Origin: Acidimicrobiia bacterium
GTDB taxonomy: Bacteria > Actinomycetota > Acidimicrobiia > Spongiisociales > SHLN01
Length of the DNA: 45,411 bases
Assembly (NCBI GenBank): GCA_041619515.1
Contig: JBFKDW010000015.1
Location: 1 to 45,411, forward strand
Direction of reading: 5' to 3'
A model generated the notes under the pieces. The model saw nothing but the letters and a program-made list of their open reading frames with translations. It had not been told where the DNA came from and made no database searches. Shown in pieces: positions 28,868 through 37,915 of the stretch (positions are counted from its first letter, which is position 1; each line of letters starts with the position of its first letter). The position numbers and the translations under genes are program-made.

Positions 28868-29932
28868 TTAGGACAGCAGGGTTCGTGCCGCCCACGCCAC
28901 CGGGTCGGCGAGCTCACCCGGATCGGGGAGGGCGTCGACCTCGTTCCAGACGGTAGCAGTTGCCTCGCGTCCCCACCGCCGCTCGAGCTCCTCAAAGAAG
29001 GCGATTGCGGCCCGGTACTCGGGTCGGCGAAGCTCGATGCCGAGCATCTTCTGGAGGAATACCTCGCCCTGCGATGGTGTCGCCCGGCGGCGATCGACTG
29101 CCTCGCGAATCCTGGCCAATTGGGGCAGCAGCTTGGCGTCGAGGCGGTCGAGCAGGTATCCGACGTAGCCCTCGACCACCGCCAGCAGCGCTTGAATCCG
29201 GGCCAGGTCCTCAGCCTGGCGGGGCCCGGTGAACATGCCGGTGAGAAACGACGGATCCTGCATCATCTGCCCGAGCCGTTCGGGGTCAAAGCCGGCCTCG
29301 AGGTCGACCGGCACCGAGGTTGGGTCCAGCTCCAGGCCGGTGACATAGGTTTCGACCGTATTGCGGAATCGGGTTGCCACCGCCGGCACCGCAAGCAGCC
29401 GGTTCTGGACCAGCTCATGGGCCGCCACCCAGAGGTGGGCCTGCGCTTCGTCCACGTCGTGTGATTCGGTGAACTCGCCGATGTTGGGCGCTACGAAGCG
29501 AAGGGATCGGGACCCGAGCGGCGGCAGGGCGGCGTCGAAATTGGCAAGCGTGCGGTGGCTGCTGGAGCCCACCATCGAACCGATTTGCAGCCCGACCATG
29601 ATCGAGAACACGGGAGCGAACGGGTTGGACTCGTCCTGTCCGAGCGTGGCTGCAAGCGGCTCGGCGAGGTAGCCGTACTCGGCAATGGTTGCCGTCGTCC
29701 ACTGCCGCCGGTCGAGAACGGCGACCGGCGGTGGGGTCAGGTCGACGGCAGCGGCCTCTGCCAGCGTCCGCCCGGCGAAGTCGACGAGCCCCTGCCAGTG
29801 GGCGTCGGCCCCGGCGGGGACGACACCCGGTTCGCCGGCGACGCTGCTGCCGAGCTCTTCGGCGAGGGCCCAATTGACGGTCCCCGACGAGGACAGCAGC
29901 TCGGCCAATCGATCGAATATGTTGTCGCTCAC
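28868..29932 (-). CDS. Zincin-like (DUF2342) putative metalloprotease with degenerate metal motif
   Basis: VNWALA, DRRQW, QIGSMVG, VAPNI, LWVAAHELVQ, LAVVEGY, RRRAT, LGIELR. Confidence 0.8.
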   Translation of the reverse strand: MSDNIFDRLAELLSSSGTVNWALAEELGSSVAGEPGVVPAGADAHWQGLVDFAGRTLAEAAAVDLTPPPVAVLDRRQWTTATIAEYGYLAEPLAATLGQDESNPFAPVFSIMVGLQIGSMVGSSSHRTLANFDAALPPLGSRSLRFVAPNIGEFTESHDVDEAQAHLWVAAHELVQNRLLAVPAVATRFRNTVETYVTGLELDPTSVPVDLEAGFDPERLGQMMQDPSFLTGMFTGPRQAEDLARIQALLAVVEGYVGYLLDRLDAKLLPQLARIREAVDRRRATPSQGEVFLQKMLGIELRRPEYRAAIAFFEELERRWGREATATVWNEVDALPDPGELADPVAWAARTLLS

Positions 29933-31101
29933 GGCGTCGGATTCCGAGCGCCGAGGACGAGGGTGACGCTGAGCGGGGTCCCCGCCCTGCTCACCTCGAC
30001 GTTGACCAGATCCCCCGGGCCGAATCGCCGCAGCGCAGAGATCAAGCCTTCCATGGTGGTCACGCCCCGGCCGTCCACCGTGGTGATGATGTCGCCGATC
30101 TCAATGCCCGACCCGCCGGCGCTGGATCCTTCCAGCAGCTGCGATACCAGCACCCCGACCGGTGCTTGGCCGCCGTCGGGCTGGGCCGCCAGCTCGGTTG
30201 AGCCCCGGATGCCGAGGAAGCCGTGCCCGCTGTATCCGCGGGCGATGATCTCATCGGTCACCCGGGTCATGACCTCAATCGGCGTCGCAAAGCCGAGGCC
30301 TTCGGGGCCGAGGTCGCTCACTCCCACCGCAGTGGTGATGCCGATCAGCTTGCCTTCGGCGTCGACGAGCGCGCCACCGCTCGACCCCCGGGTGAATGGG
30401 GCGTCGGTCTGAACCATGCCGTAGAGGTCGTCGTCGTCGGTGTCACCTTCGACCAGACGATCGAACGCCGACAGAACCCCGACCGTGACCGTGGGGCTGC
30501 CGCGCAGGCCGAGGGGATTGCCGATGGCGATGGCCGTGTCGCCCACCTGCAGCGTGTCGGTGCTTCCGCGTTCGATCGCGACCAGGCCCTCCGCTTCGAT
30601 CTTGATCACGGCCAGGTCGGTGAGCTCGTCCACTCCAACGACGGTGCCTTCGTAGCGGCGGCCGTCGGCCAGGACCACACCGACTGAGGCATTGTCCTTG
30701 ACGACGTGCTCGTTGGTTGCGATATAGCCCTCGTCGGCATCGAGGATGATCCCGGAGCCGGAGCCGACCCGGGAGGGGCCGGCGAAGATCTCAACGGTGA
30801 CCACCGATGGTGTCACCCGGCGGGCAACGGCGGCTGCCAGGCTGTTGACCGTGACGTTTTCCGGCGTGACGATCTCGGTGCGTACGATCTGGGTGACCCG
30901 ATCCGTTACCGCCTCGGGCCGGCCCAGGTCGGTAGCGAAAACGGTGGCGAGAGCGACGCCGGCACCCAGGAAGCCGGCTGCCATCGGAACCACCCAGGCG
31001 GTCCGCCGCTTGGCGGCAGGTGCCGGGGCGGCGGTTTGGGCCTCCGGTAGTGTTGCCATCGGGGCGGGCCATTCAATCGGGAGTCGCTCAGGATCGTGCA
31101 T
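29929..31101 (-). CDS. htrA: HtrA-like trypsin serine protease with PDZ domain
   Basis: TM helix; PSVV, GSGII, TNEHVV (His), DLAV (Asp), TDAPFTRGSSGG (Ser); C-terminal PDZ (FLGI...GDII). Confidence 0.88.
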   Translation of the reverse strand: MHDPERLPIEWPAPMATLPEAQTAAPAPAAKRRTAWVVPMAAGFLGAGVALATVFATDLGRPEAVTDRVTQIVRTEIVTPENVTVNSLAAAVARRVTPSVVTVEIFAGPSRVGSGSGIILDADEGYIATNEHVVKDNASVGVVLADGRRYEGTVVGVDELTDLAVIKIEAEGLVAIERGSTDTLQVGDTAIAIGNPLGLRGSPTVTVGVLSAFDRLVEGDTDDDDLYGMVQTDAPFTRGSSGGALVDAEGKLIGITTAVGVSDLGPEGLGFATPIEVMTRVTDEIIARGYSGHGFLGIRGSTELAAQPDGGQAPVGVLVSQLLEGSSAGGSGIEIGDIITTVDGRGVTTMEGLISALRRFGPGDLVNVEVSRAGTPLSVTLVLGARNPTP

Positions 31102-31115
31102 TATCGTCAATTGTA
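31102..31115. promoter_or_regulatory. Interdigitated divergent -10 boxes for (near-)leaderless htrA and moaE
   Basis: Plus strand: TATCGT (31102-31107), N7, ATG 31115. Minus strand: TACAAT (31115-31110), N8, ATG 31101. Confidence 0.55.
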
Positions 31116-31549
31116 TGGGTGCAGAAGGACATCGGGACCACGTGCGTGTTTCTGAAACACCGCTTGATCCCACATCCCTCCTCGATCGCGTCTTCGATCC
31201 ACGCGCCGGTGCCGTCGTGTCCTTTCTCGGCGTGGTCCGGAACCACTCGCCGGGCAAAGCCGGAGTCACCCACCTGGTCTACGAGGCCTATCTCGAGGTG
31301 GTTGAGGCCAAGATCTCCGAGCTGGTTACGCAGGCGAGAGCAGCCTGGCCGCTGATCGGTGTCGGAGTGGAGCATCGGGTGGGCCGGGTCGAGGTTGGTG
31401 AAGCCTCGGTGGCCGTCGTCGTCAGCTCTGCCCACCGCGCGGATGCGTTCGAGGCCGCCCGCTTTCTCATCGATGAGCTCAAAGCCACAGCTCCCATCTG
31501 GAAGCAGGAGCATTGGGGTGACGGGTCCGAGTGGATCGAAGGGGCCTGA
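31115..31549 (+). CDS. moaE: Molybdopterin synthase catalytic subunit
   Basis: GAVVSFLGVVRNH, LVYEAY, HRVG, VSSAHRADAF, LKATAPIWKQE. Confidence 0.93.
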   Translation: MGAEGHRDHVRVSETPLDPTSLLDRVFDPRAGAVVSFLGVVRNHSPGKAGVTHLVYEAYLEVVEAKISELVTQARAAWPLIGVGVEHRVGRVEVGEASVAVVVSSAHRADAFEAARFLIDELKATAPIWKQEHWGDGSEWIEGA

Positions 31550-31635
31550 CCCCGGACATTCAGGACGCGCATGTCGTTCTCGAGGCGGCAGTGTCAGGCG
31601 GCTGGGTAGTGGCTCGGGCACCCCTGTGAGTCGAT

Positions 31636-32220
31636 TCAGCCGGTTCGCCCGAGCACCATTTCGGCTACTTCACGCACCATGGGGTTGCGGTCCTTGCGGG
31701 CCGCCACGAAGGCAGCTTCGACGTCGGGGCCGTCAAAGGCCGTCAAAGCCACCACCGCCCGCCGCCGGACCTGGGGTTTGCCCGAAGATGCGGCCTCCAG
31801 CAGGGTGGGCAGTGCCCGGGCATCGCCGATCGCACCGAGTGCGGCGACGGCGGCTTCGCGCACGATCGGCTCGGGGTGGGCGGTGGCGGTCTCGATGAGC
31901 CAGGGCACGGCGGCTGTATCACCAATCTCGCCGAGGGCGGTGGTGGCGGCCTCTACGACCCTGGTGGCATCGTCCCGGGTGGCTGCCGTCACCGCCTCGT
32001 AGGCGTCGGTGCCCAACCCCCCGAGGACTTCGACGGCTTCGGCTCGAACCTCGGTGTCGGGGTCGCCCGTGGCAAGTGGGATGAGCGGCGCGAGAGCAGC
32101 CGCGCCGAGGGATGCGCTGGCTGCCGCCGCCAGGCGGCGAACTTCGGCGGAGGGGTGACGGAGGTGGGGAAGGATGCGTCCCCGCGCGATCTCCTCCAGA
32201 GCGATGCGTTGTGCGTCCAC
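31636..32220 (-). CDS. HEAT/PBS-lyase repeat protein
   Basis: Repeated VR..A..ALG units (EVRAEAVEVLG, IVREAAVAALGAIGD, QVRRRAVVAL). GTG 32220 is preceded by TACTCT-N7. Confidence 0.8.
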   Translation of the reverse strand: MDAQRIALEEIARGRILPHLRHPSAEVRRLAAAASASLGAAALAPLIPLATGDPDTEVRAEAVEVLGGLGTDAYEAVTAATRDDATRVVEAATTALGEIGDTAAVPWLIETATAHPEPIVREAAVAALGAIGDARALPTLLEAASSGKPQVRRRAVVALTAFDGPDVEAAFVAARKDRNPMVREVAEMVLGRTG

Positions 32221-32277
32221 GACACAGAGAGTAGGGCGTTGGTATGGTTTCCCTGCCGAGAAGGAGGGAGCGCGGGC

Positions 32278-33060
32278 TTGCTCGCGGTAAACAACGTCGA
32301 AGTCGTCTACAACGACGTGATTCTGGTTCTCCGCGGAATCAGCCTTTCGGTTCCCGACGGTGACATCGTGGCTCTGCTCGGCGCCAACGGTGCAGGCAAG
32401 ACCACCGTGCTGCGGGCTATCTCTGGCTTGCTCGACGTGCACGAGGGGGAGATCACCAAAGGCGACATCACGCTCGACGCCGATCCGATCCAGGACCTTC
32501 CCGCGTCCAAAGTGGTCGAGAGCGGAGTGACGCAGGTGATGGAGGGGCGGCGGATCTTCGCCCAGTTCACCGTCGACGAGAACCTGCGGGTTGGGGCCCA
32601 CACCAATAGGGCCGGCATGGCCGAGAACCTCGATCGGGTGTACGGCCTGTTTCCCGTCCTTGCCGACCGCCGCCGGGCGGTCGCCGGGTATCTTTCCGGC
32701 GGCGAGCAGCAGATGCTCGCCATGGGCAGGGCGCTCATGTCCGGCCCCCGCTTCTTGCTCCTGGACGAGCCCAGCCTCGGTCTTGCGCCGCTGCTCGTCG
32801 CCCAGATCCGCGATTTGATCGTTGAGATCAATGCCCAGGGGACCGGAGTGCTGCTGGTCGAGCAAAACGCCATGATGGCGCTGTCGATCGCGTCGCATGG
32901 ATACGTGATGGAAACCGGCAAGATCGTCATGGACAAGCCTGCCTCCCAATTGCTGGCCGACGAGGACGTGCGCGAGTTCTATCTCGGCCTCGGTGGCGAC
33001 GAATCGGTCAGGTCCTTCCGCGACGTGAAGCACTACCGGCGAAGGAAACGCTGGGGATGA
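32278..33060 (+). CDS. ABC transporter ATP-binding protein, LivF-like
   Basis: GANGAGKTT, LSGGEQQM, LLLDEPSLGLAP. TTG start after AAGGAGG. Confidence 0.93.
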   Translation: MLAVNNVEVVYNDVILVLRGISLSVPDGDIVALLGANGAGKTTVLRAISGLLDVHEGEITKGDITLDADPIQDLPASKVVESGVTQVMEGRRIFAQFTVDENLRVGAHTNRAGMAENLDRVYGLFPVLADRRRAVAGYLSGGEQQMLAMGRALMSGPRFLLLDEPSLGLAPLLVAQIRDLIVEINAQGTGVLLVEQNAMMALSIASHGYVMETGKIVMDKPASQLLADEDVREFYLGLGGDESVRSFRDVKHYRRRKRWG

Positions 33061-33908
33061 CTAGTCACGAGCGGAGCCTTGCCGCCTACCTGAAATCCGA
33101 CCATGCCGGCCATGATGGCCCGGTGCTCGAGTTCGAGAATGTCCACCTCAGTTTCGGTGGCTTGAAGGTGCTCGACAACGTTTCCTTCGAGGTCGAGCCC
33201 GGGGAGCTGTTTGCCATCATCGGGCCGAACGGCGCCGGCAAGACCTCGGCGTTCAACTGCCTTTCGGGCGTATACCAGCCCCAGGAGGGATCGATCCGCT
33301 TTCTCGGGAAGGACATCCTCGGGATGCGCCCCAACAAGATCGCGGCGCTCGGCGTTGCCCGGACTTTCCAGAATGTCGAGCTGTTCGAGCGGCTCACCGT
33401 GCTCGACAACCTGATGCTGGGCCGCCACCTGCATTTCAGCTACGGGGCACCGTCGGCGAGCGCGTTCTTCGGCCGGGCCCGGCGCGAGGAGCTCGCCAAT
33501 CGCGAGGTGGTCGAGGACATCGTGGATTTCCTGGACATCCAGCAGTTTCGGAAGTCCTACGTCGGTTTTCTCCCGTACGGTGTTCAAAAGCGCGTCGAGC
33601 TCGGCCGAGCACTGGCGATGGAGCCGCGCCTCTTGCTGCTCGACGAACCGGTGGCAGGCATGAACCTGGAGGAAACCGAGGACATGGCCCGCTTCATGCT
33701 CGATATTCGCAACGAGCTGGGCATTGCCATGATCCTCGTCGAGCACGACATGCGGATGGTGATGGATCTCGCCGACCGGGTGCTCGTGGTCGACTTTGGC
33801 CGGCCGGTCGCCCTCGGGCGGCCCGCCGAGGTGCAGAGCAATCCCGACGTCATCAGCGCCTATCTCGGCGAGGAGCACGATGTCGTTGGAGAAGGAGAAA
33901 CCCTGTGA
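33057..33908 (+). CDS. ABC transporter ATP-binding protein, LivG-like
   Basis: GPNGAGKT, RTFQN, LPYGVQKRVELGRAL, LLLDEP, EHDM, AYLG. Confidence 0.93.
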   Translation: MTSHERSLAAYLKSDHAGHDGPVLEFENVHLSFGGLKVLDNVSFEVEPGELFAIIGPNGAGKTSAFNCLSGVYQPQEGSIRFLGKDILGMRPNKIAALGVARTFQNVELFERLTVLDNLMLGRHLHFSYGAPSASAFFGRARREELANREVVEDIVDFLDIQQFRKSYVGFLPYGVQKRVELGRALAMEPRLLLLDEPVAGMNLEETEDMARFMLDIRNELGIAMILVEHDMRMVMDLADRVLVVDFGRPVALGRPAEVQSNPDVISAYLGEEHDVVGEGETL

Positions 33909-35761
33909 CCGTGACGACCCCCTCCCCGCGAGCGGTGGACCTCATCACCAATCCGATTCGACTGCGTGATCGGGCCGAGCGGATGCCGGCGCAGGTGGCG
34001 CTGCGCGAGAAGTACCTGGGCATCTGGCGGGATATCACATTCCGGGAGTATTGGGAGGCCGCCGAGACTGTTGCCTACGCCCTGCTGGCCATGGGCATCG
34101 AGCCGGGCGATCGGGTAGCCATCCATTCGGAGAACCGGCCCGAATGGTTGTACGCCGATCTCGGGATTCAGGCGGTGCGGGCCGCCAGTATGGGCCTGTA
34201 TCCGACAAATCCGGCAGCCGAAGTCAAGTACCTGCTCGAGAACTCCGGCTCCCGGCTTCTCTTTGCCGAGGATCAGGAGCAGGCAGACAAGGCCCTGGCG
34301 GTCAAGGACTCGCTTCCCGCCCTCGAGCGCATCGTCTACATCGAGCCCCGGGGGATACGAGATCGCTACGACGACGACATCCTGATGTCGTGGCCGGATT
34401 TCCTGGCTGAGGGTCGCCGGTACCGTGATCAGCATCCGGGGGCACTCGACGCCGTAATGGCTTCCGCCGCCGGGGACGATATCGCCACCCTGGTCTACAC
34501 CTCGGGCACCACCGGCCCACCCAAGGGCGCCATGCTGACCGTCGAGAACGTGAACTTCGCCATCGATCGGGTGGGCGGCGACGGCGGGTTCGTCGACCCG
34601 CAACCCGACGAGAACGATCTCATCATCTCGTACCTGCCGCTGTGCCACGTCTACGAGCGTGCTTTCTCGGAATGGTTCGGCCTCAGCGCCGGCACGGTCG
34701 TCAACTTCGCCGAGTCGATCGACACGATCCAAACCGACCTGCGAGAGATCCAGCCGTCGATCTTCCAGTCGGTGCCCCGCATATACGAGCGGATGCACGC
34801 CGGTGTGCTCATCCGGGCCGCCTCCGCCTCCCGGCTCAAGAAGCTCAACTACCGGGTGTGGATCAACGTCGCCGACCGGATCGGCCGCACGCTGGAGGCG
34901 AACAGCGGTCGCCACACCCCGGCCACCCGGGTGCTGTACGCGCTCGGCTACGTGTTCCTCTACCGGGCGTTGAAGGAGCGGCTCGGGTTGCGCCGCTGCC
35001 GCCACGCCATTTCCGGTGCGGCGCCCATCGCTCCCGAGATCCTCCGGTTCTTCATGGGCATCGGCGTCCCCATCTACGAGGCGTACGGAATGACCGAGAA
35101 CGCGGTGGTCGCCACCACCAACCGTCCGGGCCGCGTCAAGCTGGGAACTGTGGGGGAGCCCTATCCGGACATCGAGCTGCGGATCGATGACCAGTCCGGG
35201 GAAATACTCGTCCGCCACGACGGTGTGTTTGCCGGCTACTGGGGCATGGAGGAAGCAACCGCGGAGGCGATCGACGAGGACGGCTGGCTCCACACCGGCG
35301 ACGTCGGCGAGTGGGTCGACGGCACGCACGTGAAGATCGTCGACCGGATGAAGGACATCATCATCACAGCAGGCGGCAAGAACATCTCTCCCTCGGAGAT
35401 CGAGAACACGCTCAAGACCTCACCGTTCATCGGCGAGGCGGTCGTGATCGGTGATCGTCGCAAGTACCTGGCGGCACTCATCGGAATCGACTATGAGGTG
35501 GTCTCGAGCTGGGCGCAGTCACGCGGAGTCACGCACACGACGTATCAGGACCTGACCGAGAAGCCGGAGGTGCGGGCGCTCGTGGATCGAGTGGTGCAGG
35601 AGACGAACGAGAAATTCGCTCGCGTGGAGCACATCCGCAAGTTCGCGTTCTTCACGAAGGAGCTGGACGAAGACGACGGTGAGCTCACCGCCACCATGAA
35701 AGTGAAGCGGGCCTCGATCGAGCGGCGCTTCAGTGACCTCATCGAAGGGATGTACGCGTGA
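33905..35761 (+). CDS. Long-chain fatty acid-CoA ligase (AMP-binding)
   Basis: YTSGTTGPPKG, SYLPLCH, YGMTE, GWLHTGDVG, DRMKDIIITAGGKNISP, ELTATMKVKR. Confidence 0.92.
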   Translation: MTVTTPSPRAVDLITNPIRLRDRAERMPAQVALREKYLGIWRDITFREYWEAAETVAYALLAMGIEPGDRVAIHSENRPEWLYADLGIQAVRAASMGLYPTNPAAEVKYLLENSGSRLLFAEDQEQADKALAVKDSLPALERIVYIEPRGIRDRYDDDILMSWPDFLAEGRRYRDQHPGALDAVMASAAGDDIATLVYTSGTTGPPKGAMLTVENVNFAIDRVGGDGGFVDPQPDENDLIISYLPLCHVYERAFSEWFGLSAGTVVNFAESIDTIQTDLREIQPSIFQSVPRIYERMHAGVLIRAASASRLKKLNYRVWINVADRIGRTLEANSGRHTPATRVLYALGYVFLYRALKERLGLRRCRHAISGAAPIAPEILRFFMGIGVPIYEAYGMTENAVVATTNRPGRVKLGTVGEPYPDIELRIDDQSGEILVRHDGVFAGYWGMEEATAEAIDEDGWLHTGDVGEWVDGTHVKIVDRMKDIIITAGGKNISPSEIENTLKTSPFIGEAVVIGDRRKYLAALIGIDYEVVSSWAQSRGVTHTTYQDLTEKPEVRALVDRVVQETNEKFARVEHIRKFAFFTKELDEDDGELTATMKVKRASIERRFSDLIEGMYA

Positions 35762-35791
35762 TCGACCGGCCGTTGAGGGGTTGAGACCGTC

Positions 35792-36685
35792 ATGACCCAG
35801 TTCATCCAGGCAACAGTCAACGGCCTCAGCTTGGCCGCCGTGTACGCGCTCATCGCCATCGGCTTCGTCGTGATCTACAAGTCGACCCAGGTGCTCTCAT
35901 TCGCCCAGCCGGCGCTGGTGCTCACCGGGGCGTACTTCATCAGCTATTTCGCCTTCTCGCTCGGCTGGAACTTCTGGTTTGGCCTGGGCCTGGCGATCCT
36001 CATCGCCGTAGCGCTCGGCCTGTCGGTGGAGCGTATTGCCATTCGTCCGATGATCGGCAAGCCGGTGTTCTCGGTTGCCATTCTCACCATCGGCGTCGAT
36101 GTGGCCATTCGCACCGTCGTCAACGACCTCATCGGTGTCGATTTTCGGGGCGTCGGCTCGCCATGGACCGGCCAGTGGGACTGGGGTGACGCCGTCGTCC
36201 GCCATGCCCAGGTGGCGACCGTGATCATCACGATCGTGCTGGTAGCCGCCGTCGTCGCGTTCTTCCGATACTCGCGACTCGGCCTGGCGATGCGGGCTGC
36301 CGCCTTCGACCAGGAGGTTGCCCTGGCGCAGGGAATCTCGGTGGCCGTTGTATTCGCCGTTGCCTGGGGCATGGCCGGGGGCCTGGCAGCGGTGGCGGGC
36401 ATGCTGATCGGCACCAGCTTCGCCGGAGTGTCGGCCGGCAGCGCGTTCGTGGCGCTCAAGGCGCTGCCCGCCATCGTGGTGGGTGGGATCGACTCGCTGC
36501 CGGGGGCGGTCGTCGGCTCGCTGGTCGTCGGTCTCGCCGAGGCGTACGCGGCCACCTACCAAGCCGGAAACTTCGATTTCCTCGGTTCCAATTTCTCGCA
36601 AGTCGTGCCGTGGCTGGTGATGTTCGTGGTGCTGCTGGTGCGGCCGTACGGGTTGTTCGGCACCCGGGAGGTGGAGCGGGTATGA
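35792..36685 (+). CDS. Branched-chain-type ABC permease, LivH-like
   Basis: YALIAIGFVVIYK, SFAQ, GLAMRA, GGIDSLPGA, VRPYGLFG. Confidence 0.92.
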   Translation: MTQFIQATVNGLSLAAVYALIAIGFVVIYKSTQVLSFAQPALVLTGAYFISYFAFSLGWNFWFGLGLAILIAVALGLSVERIAIRPMIGKPVFSVAILTIGVDVAIRTVVNDLIGVDFRGVGSPWTGQWDWGDAVVRHAQVATVIITIVLVAAVVAFFRYSRLGLAMRAAAFDQEVALAQGISVAVVFAVAWGMAGGLAAVAGMLIGTSFAGVSAGSAFVALKALPAIVVGGIDSLPGAVVGSLVVGLAEAYAATYQAGNFDFLGSNFSQVVPWLVMFVVLLVRPYGLFGTREVERV

Positions 36686-37794
36686 GAGGCCGTCCTGGGC
36701 TCGTGACCTCGTACCGGCGAGACATCGCTCTGTTTCGCACGGGTACCCAGCGCCTCTGGCTGGCCGTGCTGCTCGCCATCGCACTGTGGCTGCCGTTGTG
36801 GATCCCGAACAGCTGGCTGGTTCCCGCCGCCATCTCCCTGTTCGCCGCCATCGGCGCCATCGGGCTCAACCTGGTGACGGGCTACGCGGGCCAGGTGTCG
36901 CTCGGCCATGCGTTCTTTCTCGGGGTCGGCGCCTACACGGCGACGGCGCTGTCGACCGTGGAGGGTCCCGGCACGCGCGGCCTGCTCGCCTACGGGCTCG
37001 ACATGATCATCTGGCTTCCGGCCGCCGGCCTGGTGGCTGCACTCCTCGGTGTGATCGTGGCGCCGGTGGCCCTCCGCCTCAAAGGCTTGTATCTGGCGTT
37101 CGTCACTCTCGGCCTCGTGTTCTTGGGACAGCACGTGTTTCAATCGTGGAAAGAGCTGACCGGGGGGGCGGGGATCGGGCGCCGGGCGGCCGAGCTGAGC
37201 CTGCTCGGTTTCCACTTCGATGAGGACGGCGAGGTGTTCGGGCTCTTCCTCACCGACACGCAGAAGATCTACTTCCTCGGCTTCGGGCTGCTGGTGGTGT
37301 TCGCCCTCGTCGCCAAGAACCTTGCCCGGTCCCGCGTCGGCCGAGCGTTCTCCGCCATTCGGGATCGCGACATCGCCGCCGAGATCATGGGCATCGATCT
37401 CACCCGCTACAAGGTGATCGCATTCGCCATCTCGTCGTTCTACGCCGGGGTGGCCGGCGCGCTCCTCTTCACTGTGACCGGGTTCCTGGAGCCGAACGCC
37501 TTCAATCTGCAGCTGTCGATCTTCTATGTGGCCATGGTGCTCATCGGCGGGGTGGCGACCATCTCCGGGTCCATCATGGGGGCGCTGTTCGTCACGATGC
37601 TGCCGAATCTCATCGATTCTGCCAGCGACTTCCTCCCGTACGACCCGGCGACCGGGCCCCTCAACACCGGCCAGCTCGAGGCAATCCTGTTCGGCCTGCT
37701 CATCGTCGTGTTCCTGATATTCGAGCCCCTCGGGCTGTACGGACTGTGGATCAGAGTCAGGAACTATTGGAAAGCGTGGCCGTTCTCGTATTGA
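36682..37794 (+). CDS. Branched-chain-type ABC permease, LivM-like
   Basis: GLNLVTGYAGQVSLGHA, LRLKGLYLA, GRAFSAIRDRD, WKAWPFSY. ATG overlaps the previous stop. Confidence 0.92.
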   Translation: MRGRPGLVTSYRRDIALFRTGTQRLWLAVLLAIALWLPLWIPNSWLVPAAISLFAAIGAIGLNLVTGYAGQVSLGHAFFLGVGAYTATALSTVEGPGTRGLLAYGLDMIIWLPAAGLVAALLGVIVAPVALRLKGLYLAFVTLGLVFLGQHVFQSWKELTGGAGIGRRAAELSLLGFHFDEDGEVFGLFLTDTQKIYFLGFGLLVVFALVAKNLARSRVGRAFSAIRDRDIAAEIMGIDLTRYKVIAFAISSFYAGVAGALLFTVTGFLEPNAFNLQLSIFYVAMVLIGGVATISGSIMGALFVTMLPNLIDSASDFLPYDPATGPLNTGQLEAILFGLLIVVFLIFEPLGLYGLWIRVRNYWKAWPFSY

Positions 37795-37915
37795 CCCCCT
37801 CGGTGGGTGGCTCGAGACCCGGTGAGGCCGGAATCTGCCAGCAAAACCTTTCCAACCCATCTATCGTGGCCATGAATCGATCGGTTCACTCACCTTCACA
37901 GGAGGAAGACAGCTG

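Noticed and set aside
29929..31101. HtrA active-site variant TRGSSGG as a pseudo-protease
   Set aside because: The His, Asp and Ser triad residues are all present. The deviation from GNSGG is not enough to call it inactive.
32221..33033. N-terminal extension of the 465-aa ORF, suggesting a larger HEAT fusion protein
   Set aside because: The extension is antisense to livF. HEAT repeats begin after GTG 32220, which has its own -10 box.
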